A DNA stretch of 64,000 nucleotides, taken from NCBI RefSeq assembly GCF_009914755.1, contig NC_060926.1; one strand, 5' to 3'. Below, piece after piece: positions 40,311 through 56,245 of the stretch; position 1 is the first letter of the stretch, and the number at the start of each line of letters is the position of its first letter. The position numbers and the translations under genes are program-made. The notes below the pieces were generated by a model that was given only the letters and a program-made list of their open reading frames with translations, did no database searches and had not been told where the DNA came from. This DNA comes from the human T2T-CHM13v2.0 reference genome, Homo sapiens.

Positions 40311-43200
40311 TGGGTCACTAGGGGTGATGGGGAGTGGTGCCACTTCCACCTCTCGATTCCTGGACCTGTGAATCCTGGCTATAGGAGAAATAGTACCATA
40401 TATTGGACAGCAATTCAGAGTATACACAGCCTTCTGGACAACTTTGCCCCAGCCCTACAAAGTATTGTCGCCTAGATGGCATTGTAATTGTGACTTCAGG
40501 AGACCATTCCACTGTTCTATCAATCTAGCGGCTTCAGGATGATGGGGAACATGGTAAGACCAGTGAATTCCATGAGTGTGAGCCCACTGCCACACTACTT
40601 TAGCCATAACGTGAGTGCCTTGGTCAGAGGCAATGCTATGTGGAATACCATGATGGTGGATAAAGCATTCTGTGAGTCCACGGATGGTAGTCTTTATAAA
40701 AGCATTGCGTACAGGATAGGTAAACCTATATCTGGAGTAAGTGTCTATTCCAGTGAGGGCAAGCTGCTGCCCTTTCCTTGATGGAAGAGATCCAATATAA
40801 TCAACCTGCCACCAAGTAGCTGGCTGATCACCCTGAGGAATGGTGCCATATCTGAGGGCTCAGTGTTGGTCTCTGCTGCTGGCAAATGGAGCACTCAGCA
40901 GTGGCTGTAGCCAGGTCAGCCTTGGTGAGTAGAAGTCCATGTTGCTGAGCCCATGCATAACAACCATTGCTGCCACCATGGCTACTTTGTTCATGGGCCC
41001 ATTGGGCAATGACAGGGGTGGATGGGGAAAGAGGCTGAGTGGTGTCCACAGAATAAGTCATCCTATCCGCTTGGTTATTAAAATTCTCCTTTGCTGAGGT
41101 CACTGCTTAGTGAGCACTCACGTGACACACAAATATCTTCACAGTTTTTGACCACTCGGAGAGGTCTATCCACATATCTCTTCCCCAAATTACTTTGTCA
41201 CCAATTTTCCAATCATGCCTCTTCCAAATCCCTGACCATCCAGCCAAACCATTGGCTACAGCCCATGAATTAGTATATAATTGCACACCTGGCCATTTCT
41301 CCTTCCATGCAAAGTGCACAGCTAGGTGAACTGCTTGAAGTTCTGCCCACTGGGAAGATTTCCCTTCACCACTGTCCTTGAAGGATGTCCTAGAAAGGGG
41401 CTGTAGTGCTGCAGTTGTCCACTTTCAGATAGTGCCTGCATGTTGTGCAGAGTCATCTGTAAGCCAGGCCCTTGTCTTCTCTTCCCCTGTCAACTTTTCA
41501 TAGGAATTCCCCATGAGGCCATCGGTGCAGGTTGGGGGAGAGAAGGCAGGGTGGCGTGAGCATTTGAGCCACTTCCTTATGTAACTTACTTGTGCCCTCA
41601 GGACCTGCTGGTGCCTGACCACATATATACCATTTCCACTTGATGATGGAATATTGCTGTTCATGACCCACTTTATGGCTAATGGGTCAGAAAGCACCCA
41701 GTTCGTGATAGGCAGTTCTGGTCCCCTTGTGACTTGACCCATAATCAAACGTTCAGTTTCTACCAAAGCCCAGTAACAGGCCAAGAGCTGTTTCTCAAAA
41801 GGAGAGCAGTTATCTGCAGAAAATAGGGCCTTGCTCCAAAATCCTGGAGGCCTCCACTGTGATTCACCTATGGCGGGCTGCCAAAGGCTCCAAACAGCAT
41901 CCCTGTCTGCCACTGACACCTCAAGCACCATTGGATCTGCTGGATCATATGGTACAAGCGGCAGAGCAGCCTGGACCTGCTGCAGAGCCTTCTCCTGTTC
42001 TAGACCCCACTCAAAACTGGCAGCCTTTCCAGTCACTCGATAAATGCGCTGGAGTGATACACTCAGATGAATAACGTGTTGCCTCCAAAATCCAAATAGG
42101 ACAACTAGGCATTGTGCCTCTTTTCTTGGTTGTAGGAGGAGCCAAATGCAGCAACTTACCCTTGCCTTTAAAAGGAATATCTCAACAGGCCCCACACCAA
42201 TGAACCCCTAGAAATTTTACTGAGGTAGAAGTTGCCTGAATTTTGGTTGGATTTATTTCCCATCCTCTGGCACACAAATGTCTCACCAATAAGTCCAGTG
42301 TGTTTGCTACTTCTCTGTCACTGGATCCAATCAGTATAGTGTTATCAATGTAATGGACCAGTGTGATATCTTGTGGAAGGGAAAGGCGATCAAGGTCTCT
42401 CTGAAGATTAAACACCAAGCTGGAGAGTTGATATACTCCTGAGGGAGGACAGTAAAGGTACATTGCTGGCCTTGCCAGCTGAAGGCAAATTGATTTTGGT
42501 GGGCCTTATGGACAGGAATGGAGAAAAAGCCATTTGCCAAATCAATGGCTGCATACCAGGTACCCGAAGGTGTGTTAATTTGCTCAAGCAATGAAACCAC
42601 ATCTGGTACAGCAGCTGCAATTGGAGACACCACTTGGTTAAGCTTACAATAATCCACTGTCATTCTCCAAAATCCACCTGTCTTCTGCACAGGCTGAGTA
42701 GAGTCGAACAGGGATATTGTAGGAATCATTGCCCCTGCATCTTTTAAGGCCTTAATGGCAGCACTAATCTCTGCAATCCCTCCAGGGATGTGACATTGTT
42801 TTTGATTTACTATTTTTCTAGGTAGAGGCACCTCTAATGGCTTCCATTTGGCCTTTCCCACCATAATAGCCCTCACCCCACCAGTTGGGGAGCCAATGTG
42901 GGGGTTCTGCCAGTTGCTAAGTATGTCTGTGCTAATTATGCATTCTGGCACTGGGGAAATGACCGCAGGATGAGTCCGGGGACCCATTATTGGAACCCTC
43001 TAAGTCGGACCTCTGCTAAAACTCCATTAATGACCTGATCTCCATAAGCCGCTACTTTAACTGGAGGACCACAGTGATGTTTTGGGTTCCACGGAATTAA
43101 TGTCTGCTCAGAGCCAATGTCCAGTAGTCCCCAAAAGGTCTATCATTTCCCTTTCCCCAGTGCACAGTTACCCTGGTAAAAAGGCCAGAGTTCTCCTTGG
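40311..43200 (-). pseudogene. HERV-L pro-pol (protease, RT, RNase H, integrase), broken by stops and frameshifts
   Basis: ORF pieces 42331-42987 (RT N-terminus), 42182-42463 (YIDN in place of YxDD), 41425-42195, 41107-41319 (RNase H, YTNSWAVANGL), 40828-41103 (integrase HHCC: WAHEQSSHGG...ECSICQQ); protease LLDIG near 43115-43130. Confidence 0.9.
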
Positions 43201-43249
43201 GAAAGGATGGGAGAAAGATTAACAGCATAAATTGTCAGTGGTATAGTGT

Positions 43250-45290
43250 GGTCCTTCCTCAAGGGAACCTGGCCTCCCTTTCATTCAAGGGGTTCTGGGT
43301 CTGCAGGTTGGCTCAAGTCTAGAAATAGATTGAGGGGCTATGATTCTGTTTTTATAATTCAAACTAATCTTTTGTCCATTCGACCTAGAAATTTTCTGCT
43401 TATGTAAATTAAGTAGGAATACAGTACGCTTTCTATCAATTTTACTTCTAGGAACACTGTGATTAATTAGCAAATGCCAGAGCTCTGCACAAGTCAGGCT
43501 CTTCTGATTGCTGCTTTACCTCTGCTGTCCATTATGGTACCTATGCCCACATTGCCTCTGTTGGTTGAGTGCTGCCACTTGGCCCCTGCCACCTCAGGAT
43601 CCAATTACTCCCATTGCATTTAAAGGTTGTAGTTGAGTGACTGCAATTCCTACTGTAAGCTGTGGCATGCCGAGATGAACAATCACAGGGCTTTTCAAGG
43701 ATGCAGGTGCTGCCTTCACAAATCTATTTCACAAAGTATTGGTCAAGGGTATATCTTCTGGACCCCCTCCCAGCTGGGATGAGTGGGTCTAAAGTGATTG
43801 ATCCACTCCAGCATCCAAATCTCCCTAAGCCTTTGGATCCCTTCCTCTACATTAAACCAAGGGAGATGAGGCATTTCCAGCTCACTCACAGTGGACCATC
43901 TTTTAATCCATATTTCAGCTAACTAAACAAACTATTAGAATCTTTTTTAGCTCCCCAACCTGCAACATTAAATGCAGAATCCCTGCTTGGTCAGTTTAAA
44001 TTGATAAATTTAGCCTGATCCAACTCCATGTTCCTTCCATGATTAACCCACACCCTTAATTTGATGTCCATTTCCATGCCTGCTCTCCAGATTTCTGCTT
44101 ATATAAATTAGAAAACTCAAGCAGTTCTTTTGGAGTGTGGTGCACCTCCTTGTGGGTCGCATTCTGAATCTCACCTCTAGGGGCCCACTGGGACTTTAGT
44201 CCAGTTATAGGTCTAGAAGCAAACAGGGGTGTTGGAGATGGGTCCTGAGGAGACTCTACATTATCTTTCCTGGCAACTGCCTCAGGGGAGGCCATCACTG
44301 TTTCCTCAGGCAGCGCAGGGTTTATCTTCTAAGACAAAGGTCAAAAGGCTGATGGCAGCATGGGTCCGGGAGGGGATGTTGCCACTACTCAGGATGGGGA
44401 AGCTGTTCCTTTGCAAAAAAGATGCATCAGAGTTTATAAGCTAAGTGTCCCTATTTTCATCAGGCTCCTCCCACACATCCCTATTCCAAGTTGCAAGGTC
44501 CTATTATTTTCCAATCAATACCCTCACTTTAACAGTAGATACCTGGTGAGGCTGTGCACATGCCTTGCATTGCAGCTCAGCCACTCATATCATAAGAGCT
44601 TGTGTCTGATTTTCCACAATTTTAGCTTTCTTCACAGGAGATAAGATTCTCACTCAGGGTAATACAAGATTTGAGGCACAGTATCTGCTTCTGAAGCTGA
44701 GTGTTAGAATCCCTGAGTTCATCATTTTCTTTCATCACTTTGTCCACTGAACTTAGGAGCAATCAACTAACTTCATTATATTCCTTAGTTCTCCACATAT
44801 GGTCAAAGGTATTATGTATAGGGTCACTAAACTCCTTACCTCTCGTGAGAGGTGAATCGCTATCAAATGCATTTATTTTGCATAATTCTCTAAACAGTTT
44901 ACTCCGTGGACTATGAGTGTTCTCCGTACTTTAGAGGCCTCCCCTGAGGCAGTTGCCAGGAAAGATAATGTAGAGTCTCCTCAGGACCCATCTCCAACAC
45001 CCCTGTTTGCTTTTAGACCTATAACTGGACTAAAATCCCAGTGGGCCCCTAGAGGTGAGATTCAGAATGCGACCCACAAGGAGGTGCACCACACTCCAAA
45101 AGAACTGCTTGAGTTTTCTAATTTATATAAGCAGAAATCTGGAGAGCAGGCATGGAAATGGACATCAAATTAAGGGTGTGGGTTAATCATGGAAGGAACA
45201 TGGAGTTGGATCAGGCTAAATTAGAAATATATTCCTTTGCATTTTTGGGTCTAATCATATTAAGCAGCCAACTCGAGAAACCCCAAAACC
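43250..45290 (-). pseudogene. HERV-L gag relic, interrupted by an inverted 287-bp self-copy
   Basis: MASPEAVARKDNVESPQDPSPTPLFASRPITGLKSQWAPRGE...KELLEFSNLYKQKSGE is ERV-L Gag-like; boundaries approximate. Confidence 0.8.
44936..45222 (+). repeat. Inverted 287-bp copy of 44007-44293
   Basis: Reverse complement matches at 285/287 by manual comparison; flanked by duplicated ttaga (44931-44935, 45221-45225). Confidence 0.97.
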
Positions 45291-45371
45291 AATGAAAGAG
45301 CTCCAACCTTAATATTCTGTTCCTATAGAACCAGTCCTGTTAGCAAAATCTGTATTAGTCAGGGTTTTCTA

Positions 45372-46010
45372 TGAAGCAGCATCATCTCAGGTAAATACCC
45401 AGGGTTCATCGTCTAGTGTCAAAAAGATTAAGGACACAGATACACATGAGGAGTGAGTTCAGGAGCAGAGGTTTAGTAGGCAAAAGGAAAGAGAAAGGAG
45501 AACAGCTCTCTCCCTTGTGAGAGAGAGAGAGGGACTTCTGATAGGAAACTCCCACCAGTAGCAGAGAGCACTGGGTTTTATACACAGCCCTGAGGAGGTG
45601 GTGTCTGATTTATGCAGGACCCACGGATTGGTTGGTCCAAGTGTGACATTTACATAGTACCTGAGGAAGGCTGGCCACCCCACCCTAACCTTAGTATGCA
45701 AATGGAATCTTTGGCCTGTGCCATATTGTCTTCTCCTTGCTGTACACATGACTTGGCAAAGAGAAGGGAGCATGAAACCACCATTTTGAGCATGCCCAGT
45801 CCCAGGTAGCTTTTTCCTATTGGCACAACTGCCAGCATTTGGCCGTGTAAGGTTCCAGCTTGCTTGTCTATGTCTGCAGCTTGATTTTACAGGCTGCTTT
45901 TGGTTAGAAAAGAAAATGATTTGGGGGCTACTTTTCATTAAAAGGAAAACCTTACTGAGGTCTCCCATACCCTCACTATCTGCCTAAATAATTTCTTAAC
46001 TCCTATAGCA
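45372..46010 (-). mobile_element. ERV1-class solo LTR (LTR9/HUERS-P3-like), 639 bp
   Basis: TG...CA termini and an exact 4-bp TSD TCTA (45368-45371 / 46011-46014). Sense start tgctataggagttaagaaattatttaggcagatagtgaggg and end ...gctgcttca resemble LTR9. Confidence 0.85.
45696..45703 (+). promoter_or_regulatory. Perfect octamer (POU/OCT) motif ATGCAAAT within the LTR9-like LTR
   Basis: ccttagtATGCAAATgg is directly visible; function not shown. Confidence 0.45.
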
Positions 46011-46579
46011 TCTAGAGGGACAGAACTAATAGGATAGATTTATATATAAAGAGGAGTTTATCAAGGAGTATTGACTTACACGATCAAAAGGTGAGGTCCC
46101 ACAATAGTCTGTCTGCAAGCTGAGGAGCAAGGAAGCCAGTCCGAGTCCAAAAACCTCAAAAGGGAAGTTGACAGTGAAGCCTTCAGTCAAAAGTCCAAGA
46201 GTCCCAAAGCTGAAGAACTTGGAGTCCGATGTTAGAGGGCAGGAAGCATCCAGCATGGGAGAAAGATGGAGGCTGGAAGACTCAGGCAGTCTAGTCTTTC
46301 CACATTCTTCTGCCTGCTTTTATTTTGGCCATGCTACCAGCTGATGAGATTGTGCCCACCCAGGTTAAGGGTGGGTCTGCCTTTCCCAGTCCACTGACTA
46401 AAATGTTAATCTCCTTTGGCAGCACCCTCACAGACACACCCAGGAACAGTACTTTGCATCACTCAATCCAATCCAGTTGACACTCAATATTAACCATCAT
46501 GGTTAGTTATTGGGAATCTTACATTAATAAAAAAGTTACTTTGCTGCAATTAACAGGAAAGCTAACCAACAGGAGCTTA

Positions 46580-46780
46580 AATGAGCAAATGTTTCTGTCA
46601 AGGGATAGACGGTAAATACTTTGGGCTTTTCCGTGTACAACAGCTACTCTACTCTGCTGTTGTAATGTAAAAGCAGCCATAGACAATACGTAAATGAATG
46701 AGCATGGCTATATTCCAATAAGCCTTTATTTACAAAAATAGGAAGTGGGCCAGATCTGGCCCAAGAGCATAGTTTGCTAG
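46580..46780. mobile_element. MER58A-like hAT-Charlie transposon
   Basis: gcagccatagacaatacgtaaatgaatgagcatggct...ccaataa...gggccagatctggccc. Confidence 0.85.
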
Positions 46781-47566
46781 CTTAAACAGATAGGATTTTG
46801 TTCTCATATAATAAGATGCCAAAGACATCTGCTATTGGGTTAGAGGCTCAGTGATGTTCGTGAACCCGTCCCTGAAATTTTCTTTACTTTTCCCTTATGA
46901 TTGCAGATGAATGCTGTCTTCCAGCTATTATGATGGCATTGAAGGTAGAAATAACAGGGAAGGAAAAGATCTAGGCTAGTGAAGAATATTAGTTTTAATA
47001 AAAGTCTTCACAGCAGACTTCCATGTCTCATGGGCCATAACTCCTAGCTACAAGGAAATCTGGCAACACAAACATTTGACTTTTCAATCTTTGTTATGTG
47101 ATGTGGCAAGGGAGAAAGGATTGCAAATGGCTTTGGGGGTAGCAAATGTCTACCACAAATACAGAGGTCAGGATAGTTCCTATCCTTGGGGAGCTAATAG
47201 TTTGGTGGGAAAGATGAACAATAAACAGGTAACCCTACAAATACGATGTACCATAAAAGGGGCCAGTTTAGAGTTCTGTAGGAGCAAAAAAAAAAAAAAA
47301 AAGCATATAGCATAGCCTTATGTGGGAGTTAAGCTTTTGGGGATGTCAGGAAGCTTGCTCAGAGCATCTAATTTGAATTGTCAAAGAGAAGAGAAAGGTG
47401 ACATGTAGATAAAAGTATTAAATACCATAGTTATGGTGAAAACAAGGAGCTGTTAACATTCAGAGGGAAAAGAGCTCAGGTAGAGACTCCTGGATAATTT
47501 TGTCATTTTACTTGAAAATTGATCAGATTGTCAGTGGGTAAAGATGATGGGGGAAGAATGTTTTTA

Positions 47567-47924
<358 letters not shown>

Positions 47925-47976
47925 GGCACAGCTCTTCCTGGTACACCAAAGGTCAGTTCTCTATTTGGAGAGCATA

Positions 47977-48623
47977 GCCTTACATTGTAGGTGCTTGATA
48001 AATACATATACTTTTTTTTTTAAAGATGTGGATACAAAAATAACATTCAAAACAATTAGAATTAGATGAAAATTAAATGCTAAACTGTGTTCACTTAAGT
48101 GTAACGGTTCTAAGAATGCTGAACTATACATGTGGACGAGTGCGGTAAAATCAATTGTTATGATGCAGCTGGGAATTGTAAGAATTTTATTCTCTTTTCT
48201 TTAGGGAATTATATTCAAACAATTCACACAGCATTTGACCAATAAGGAAATCATAGAATCATATTAACCATGATGACTCAGGAAAACACTTTATGGGACT
48301 TTTGCTCCTAAGATTTGAAAAAGACTCTTTGGTAGCTTCACGAACTTCTTGTTTAACTGGGTAGAGTTTACAGAAGAGGAGCTGGCTGGGTGGGAATTCC
48401 AGATGGAAGGTGGCAGGGATTAGCACAAATGCAGGCACAAAGGTAGGAAAAAACATGGCATGCATGGTGCAAAGTGGCATTCAATTTGTTTATTTTGGAA
48501 TATTTTTTCCTTCTAAATAAAAACAAACATTGAATTCAGGATATTAATGAGACCTCTCAACTGATAAAATTATTTATGGTCTGGCAAATCTAGTGGCCTA
48601 TCTGAGATGATCAATGATTTTAA
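47977..48623 (+). repeat. Right arm of the inverted duplication; exon-like unit at 48205-48442 (+)
   Basis: Partner of 38454-39083; tattctcttttctttAG|ggaatt...cacaaag|GTagga. Confidence 0.9.
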
Positions 48624-48834
48624 GCAGGTTTTGTTCATAATTTAAAAACACATAAGCATTTTTTAATGTTTAAAATTATTTATAAACATAATTTTTAATG
48701 ATTGTATAATACTCCATTGCTGAGATTTATCATAACTACTCCCCTGATGTCAACTGTTCAGTTGATTTTATATTTTTACTGATTAGCGTGCATATGACTT
48801 CAATAAATACCTTATATGTTTGTATTTATATATC

Positions 48835-49347
48835 TATGGCTGTTTTAAAACATGGCCCCTAATTATTTCACAATCCTTCTATGCAGAGGTGGGGTCTAAT
48901 GTGGGCTGAAGGGACACTGTGTCAGTTTCAGAGCTTATTCCTTAAAAAAATGGCAGCTTCTACTTCCTGTCTCTTGGAATTCTCACTCTTGCAACCCAAC
49001 CCCCATGCTGTGAGGAAGCACAAGCAGCCTGTGGAGAGGCCCAATTGGAGAGACACATATGGAGGGAACTGTGAGGACTTCAGCCTCAGCCTCAGTTGAT
49101 CTCCCAATTGACATCTGGCTCAAATTCCAATTGACATCTGGCTCAAACTTAACAGCTATGACTGAACTATCTTGGAAGGGGATCTTCTCACTAAAACTGC
49201 CCCAGCTAATGCTACTGGAATACAGATGAGCCTTCCTTGCAGAGCCCTGCCCAAATTACACATTTGTGGGCTAAATATTTGATTGCTATTTTTATTAACC
49301 AATGAAGTTTTGGAGGATTCATTACATACCAATAAATAACCAGAACA
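48835..49347 (+). mobile_element. MaLR solo LTR (MLT1F/H-type) within decayed antisense L1ME sequence
   Basis: aacatggcccctaattattt...ccatgctgtgaggaagcacaagc...cagagccctgcccaaatt...ataaccagaaca; contains a 23-bp tandem duplication at ~49104-49149. Confidence 0.7.
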
Positions 49348-51334
49348 ATCTCTGATTGTTGTTTTAGAATAGACTCCTAGAAAAGGAAAGCCTGTGTAAG
49401 AGTACAGATATTTTAAAGGCTCTTGACACGTATTGCCTTGCAGACTTCTAGAAGAGTTGTGTCTATTTCACTTAAATCATCATACGAGTCTGTTTCACTG
49501 TATGCTCACCAGCATTGAATGTTATGTTAAAACACATTTAATTTTCTTTTTTGAATGTTAGCTTATTTACTCAGTATAATTATAGAAGCTATTTACTTAC
49601 TCTTGTAAATGTTTTTCTTTTAGATTTTCACAAACTCTTTAATAAAAGGACATTATTCTCTTATTATGTTTGTGGCCCTTCCTCCCCATCCAGATTATTT
49701 GCTTTTAAAGCTTTAGTCCTTTTAATTCGGCTCATGATTTTTATGTAAAGAAACTTATTGTATAAGAAAGTTTATCATTTTTCTTCATGGAAGAATAAGC
49801 AGATAGTAAGAATAAGAGAAGGTAATTCATACAGAATGACTAGAAATAGTATCTGTGGCTACTGTAGAGACACCTAGATTCACAAAACAAAGCAATCTAT
49901 AGATATCAGGTATATAGAGGCAGGAAACTGTGAACTGCTTTCCAGAGGCAGCTGCCTGTGGCTGTGATTTTGTCACTAGGGAAGTGCAAGTTTCTTTGGG
50001 GATTATCAACAAATGAAACATTTCTGAAAACAGAGACGAAAAAAACACAACCTTGTTCAAATTTATGGATTGACTATACCTCTAACAACAGGTTATCCCT
50101 TCTGTAATACATCTCTCTGTATGAGGTATCTCTATAAAGCAAACAATATACTTAGGAATCTGCATTGTAATGGGCTTCTCTAATATAGAATGAGACTTGA
50201 TGAACTTAAGCATCAATTTAAATTGTATAGGTTTCTGAAAAATAAGCTTATAGTGTAAAGTTAAAATTTCCAAAGAAGAAAAGATTATTCATTTCCATCA
50301 CCCAGAAACAATGCTATTAAACAGTTTGGTAAATTTACTTTTGGTCTTTTTTTCTATGCATTTTTAAACACATTCGAATTTTTTAATAAATACATATCCT
50401 GTACTTTTAATATTTTATGAAAGCGTTTCTCTTTGTTCTTCAAGACTATTCATAAACATTTTGATAACTGTGTAATGTGAAATTGTGTACTCAATTGCTC
50501 TTTTGGTAGCATATTTAGTTTTTCTCAATTTTTGTCACTGTAACAGGTAATTCTGTAATAAATATGCTTGTGCTTTTTCTGTATCTATTATTCCTTAGGT
50601 TAATTCCAAGAGGTGAATTTGTGGGCTTAAAGCATATGGACTTCCTTAAGTCTTATAATGGATATTGAGAAATAAAAATATTTACTTTCCCGGAAAGAAA
50701 GATTTGTTCACTTGTCTGGCTCGTTTGATTTCTGTTTAGGCTTAAGGGCTTTAGGTTGGTTGATATGTCATTGCTAGCCCAAGACCTTATCAGAAGGAAG
50801 GCAGGGAGTGAATAAGTATAGCAGTGGCCCAGAGGATGGGTTTCACATGAGCAGTTTAAGTGTAGAAATGTGGAAGTGTTGAGACAGAGATTAAATTGCT
50901 CTTCGAATTTGGGCCACTCAAGGTGTGTGGAGCTGGGAGCTTATTTAATGACCTCCCAAAGCTTCTTGGGGGTACAAATGAGCCTGTGGACCTTTCTGGC
51001 AGAATGAATCGACCCTTGCAGCACCAGACCTGCCAGCCTCATGCTGATGTATTGGAGGCTCCATGTCGCTCTGGGCGCCTATGGGCTGACATTCAGGATA
51101 GATGAACAGCTGAAGATAATGCCTCCATGTTCATTGAGTGAAAGCCTCTTACAGGCATTGCTGAGGGTGCTGGAGGAAATTTATTTTAGGCAGGAATTTC
51201 CTTTGTAAATTACATCGACCGTTGTGGGAATAGTAATGGAATTTGGACATTATTATTTTCAAGTTCCTGCTTTGTTTGGCAAGTATATATATATTTTTTC
51301 TCATATGTACCGCTACTGTAAACCTTTCCTGTGA

Positions 51335-51460
51335 GCCTGAATCACCTGCAGAGCTTAGTAAAATGCATATTTCTGGGCCTTACCCATAGAGGTTCTGATT
51401 CAGTGGTAGAAGTTGGGGCCCAGGAATCTGCTTCTTTTGGGTGATACTGATGCAAGTGGT
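51335..51460. mobile_element. MER5A-like DNA transposon
   Basis: gaatcacctgcagagctt...ttctgattcagtgg...ggggcccaggaatctgc...ggtgatactgatgc. Confidence 0.75.
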
Positions 51461-51471
51461 TGTCTGGGGGC

Positions 51472-51878
51472 TGTGAGGGACAGTGGGGTGCATGCCCAAA
51501 TCTTCCTTCTAGGAATCAATGTCCCAACATCTGAGAGCACTGTTAGCACACAGCCTGCAGCTTTCAGTCCCCGCAGGGACCACCTCAACTGCACAAAGCT
51601 GCCTCACCCCCATCCCACATAGAGTTGACTGATCCAGGTGAGAGTACAAAGGTCTGGCCAATCTCAAGTCCAAGGTATGTCAAATTTGTGCTATTTTAGC
51701 TCCAGAGCACCCATGGAGCAGCTGAGGCTATGGGTCTTGCTTCCTATTCAATTTCTTCGTCCTTTCAATCTGGCCTCCTTTTCCCACCTTTCATCAGAGT
51801 TGATCCCAAGGAACTTTCTAATAAATCTCCTGTTAAATTCCATCTCAGAGTTGGCTTCCCAGAAAACTTGACTGTAAA
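51472..51878 (+). mobile_element. ERVL solo LTR (LTR16A-like)
   Basis: gttgatcccaagg...taataaatctcctg...ccatctcagagttggcttcccagaaaac. Confidence 0.7.
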
Positions 51879-52609
51879 CTGGTGCTCACTAAGGCTCTGC
51901 TGTCTTGTGAATCGACAGAAGAGGAAAGAAGGAGAGAGGGCTGAAGAGATACATACCGTTCACTCTATTTGCAAAGTTGTTGATCCACCTCCTCCTACCC
52001 CAACCACCACCAGCCTGCCCCTGCCATGCCACACAGCTGCTCATTACCTTCTGCAACCCTCTCACCTTTTCATTATGCAAGGCCTATCCTTGGCTCACTC
52101 AATTGTAGTTCAGAAAACCTTTGTTTAACAGGTTTTAATTTTAATAAGTTTGTTTTAGTTTAAAAATATTATGATCTGGAAGAAATACAGAGAATACAAT
52201 GAGGTTTATTCCAGGGTTCCCTTTAAATAGAATACGGTTTATAAATCTCTCTCGCTCTGAATTTATGATCTGGATCACAAGGTAAACTGTTTGTTTGAGG
52301 GTTTAATTGAGTCTCTTTGATTCTTTCTTCCATCTGCCCGTGCTCATATGTCCTACATTCCTCCCATCTACCGTCCGTCAGTCAGGATGCAAGATACAAC
52401 AATGACTAAGAGCAGAGACTTCAGTGCCAGACTAACCTTAGTTCACGTCCATGCCCTGCCACTTATGGAAAGTGTGATCTCGAGCACATTGCTCAAGTCT
52501 CAGACTCTATGTCAACAAAACAAAGATAATTACAGAACATGGCTCACTGAACTGACAGAGAAAATGTAAAATTTAATCTTTTATTCTGCCAGATACATGG
52601 CAAGAATAT

Positions 52610-52815
52610 AATAATAATTGAGCTGATGTTTATATAGCACTTATTCTATACCAGACACTGTTGATTCAATCCTCATACGTCAAACAGTCCCAGGAGGTAG
52701 ATACTATAAATATTATTAACCCCATACTACTGATGAGGATACTGAGGTACAGAGAGATTAAGTAATTTATAGGTCCCATAACTAGTAAATGGTAGAGTTG
52801 AGATTCAAACCCAGT
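52610..52815 (-). mobile_element. MIR SINE
   Basis: tttatatagcactta...aatcctca...gatgaggatactgaggtacagagagattaagtaa...agattcaaacccag. Confidence 0.75.
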
Positions 52816-52987
52816 TGTCCATCCTTGTAAGCTGCCAAATATATAATATTGATAATTATGCTTGTTATTAATACAGTATTGCTGTCATTATTAATATGGA
52901 AAGCACCTATCTTTTTCTTTTACCAAACATCACCTACTGTTTCTCAGAAATATTCTTGATTTGGAAAGTCAGTGACTGAGATCCATC

Positions 52988-56245
<3,258 letters not shown>

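Larger units (their letters stand above)
39208..46501 (-). mobile_element. Near full-length HERV-L provirus with MLT2A2-type LTRs (gag-pro-pol-dUTPase, no env), inserted into an L2 3' end
   Basis: LTRs at 39208-39474 and 45351-46501; exact 5-bp TSD GTTAG (39203-39207 / 46502-46506); PPT ggggtggact next to the 3' LTR; ERV-L peptides in the ORF track (WRMTVDYCKLNQ, WYAAIDLANGFFSIP, LVHYIDN, PFEKQLLACYWAL). Confidence 0.97.
45351..46501 (-). mobile_element. HERV-L 5' LTR (MLT2A2-type), split by an ERV1 LTR
   Basis: tgtattagtcagggttttcta [insert] tctagagggacagaactaatagg...aatattaaccatca. Confidence 0.92.

Noticed and set aside
40311-45290. Functional or domesticated HERV-L gag/pol
   Set aside because: Multiple stops and frameshifts, and the RT catalytic motif reads YIDN rather than YxDD.
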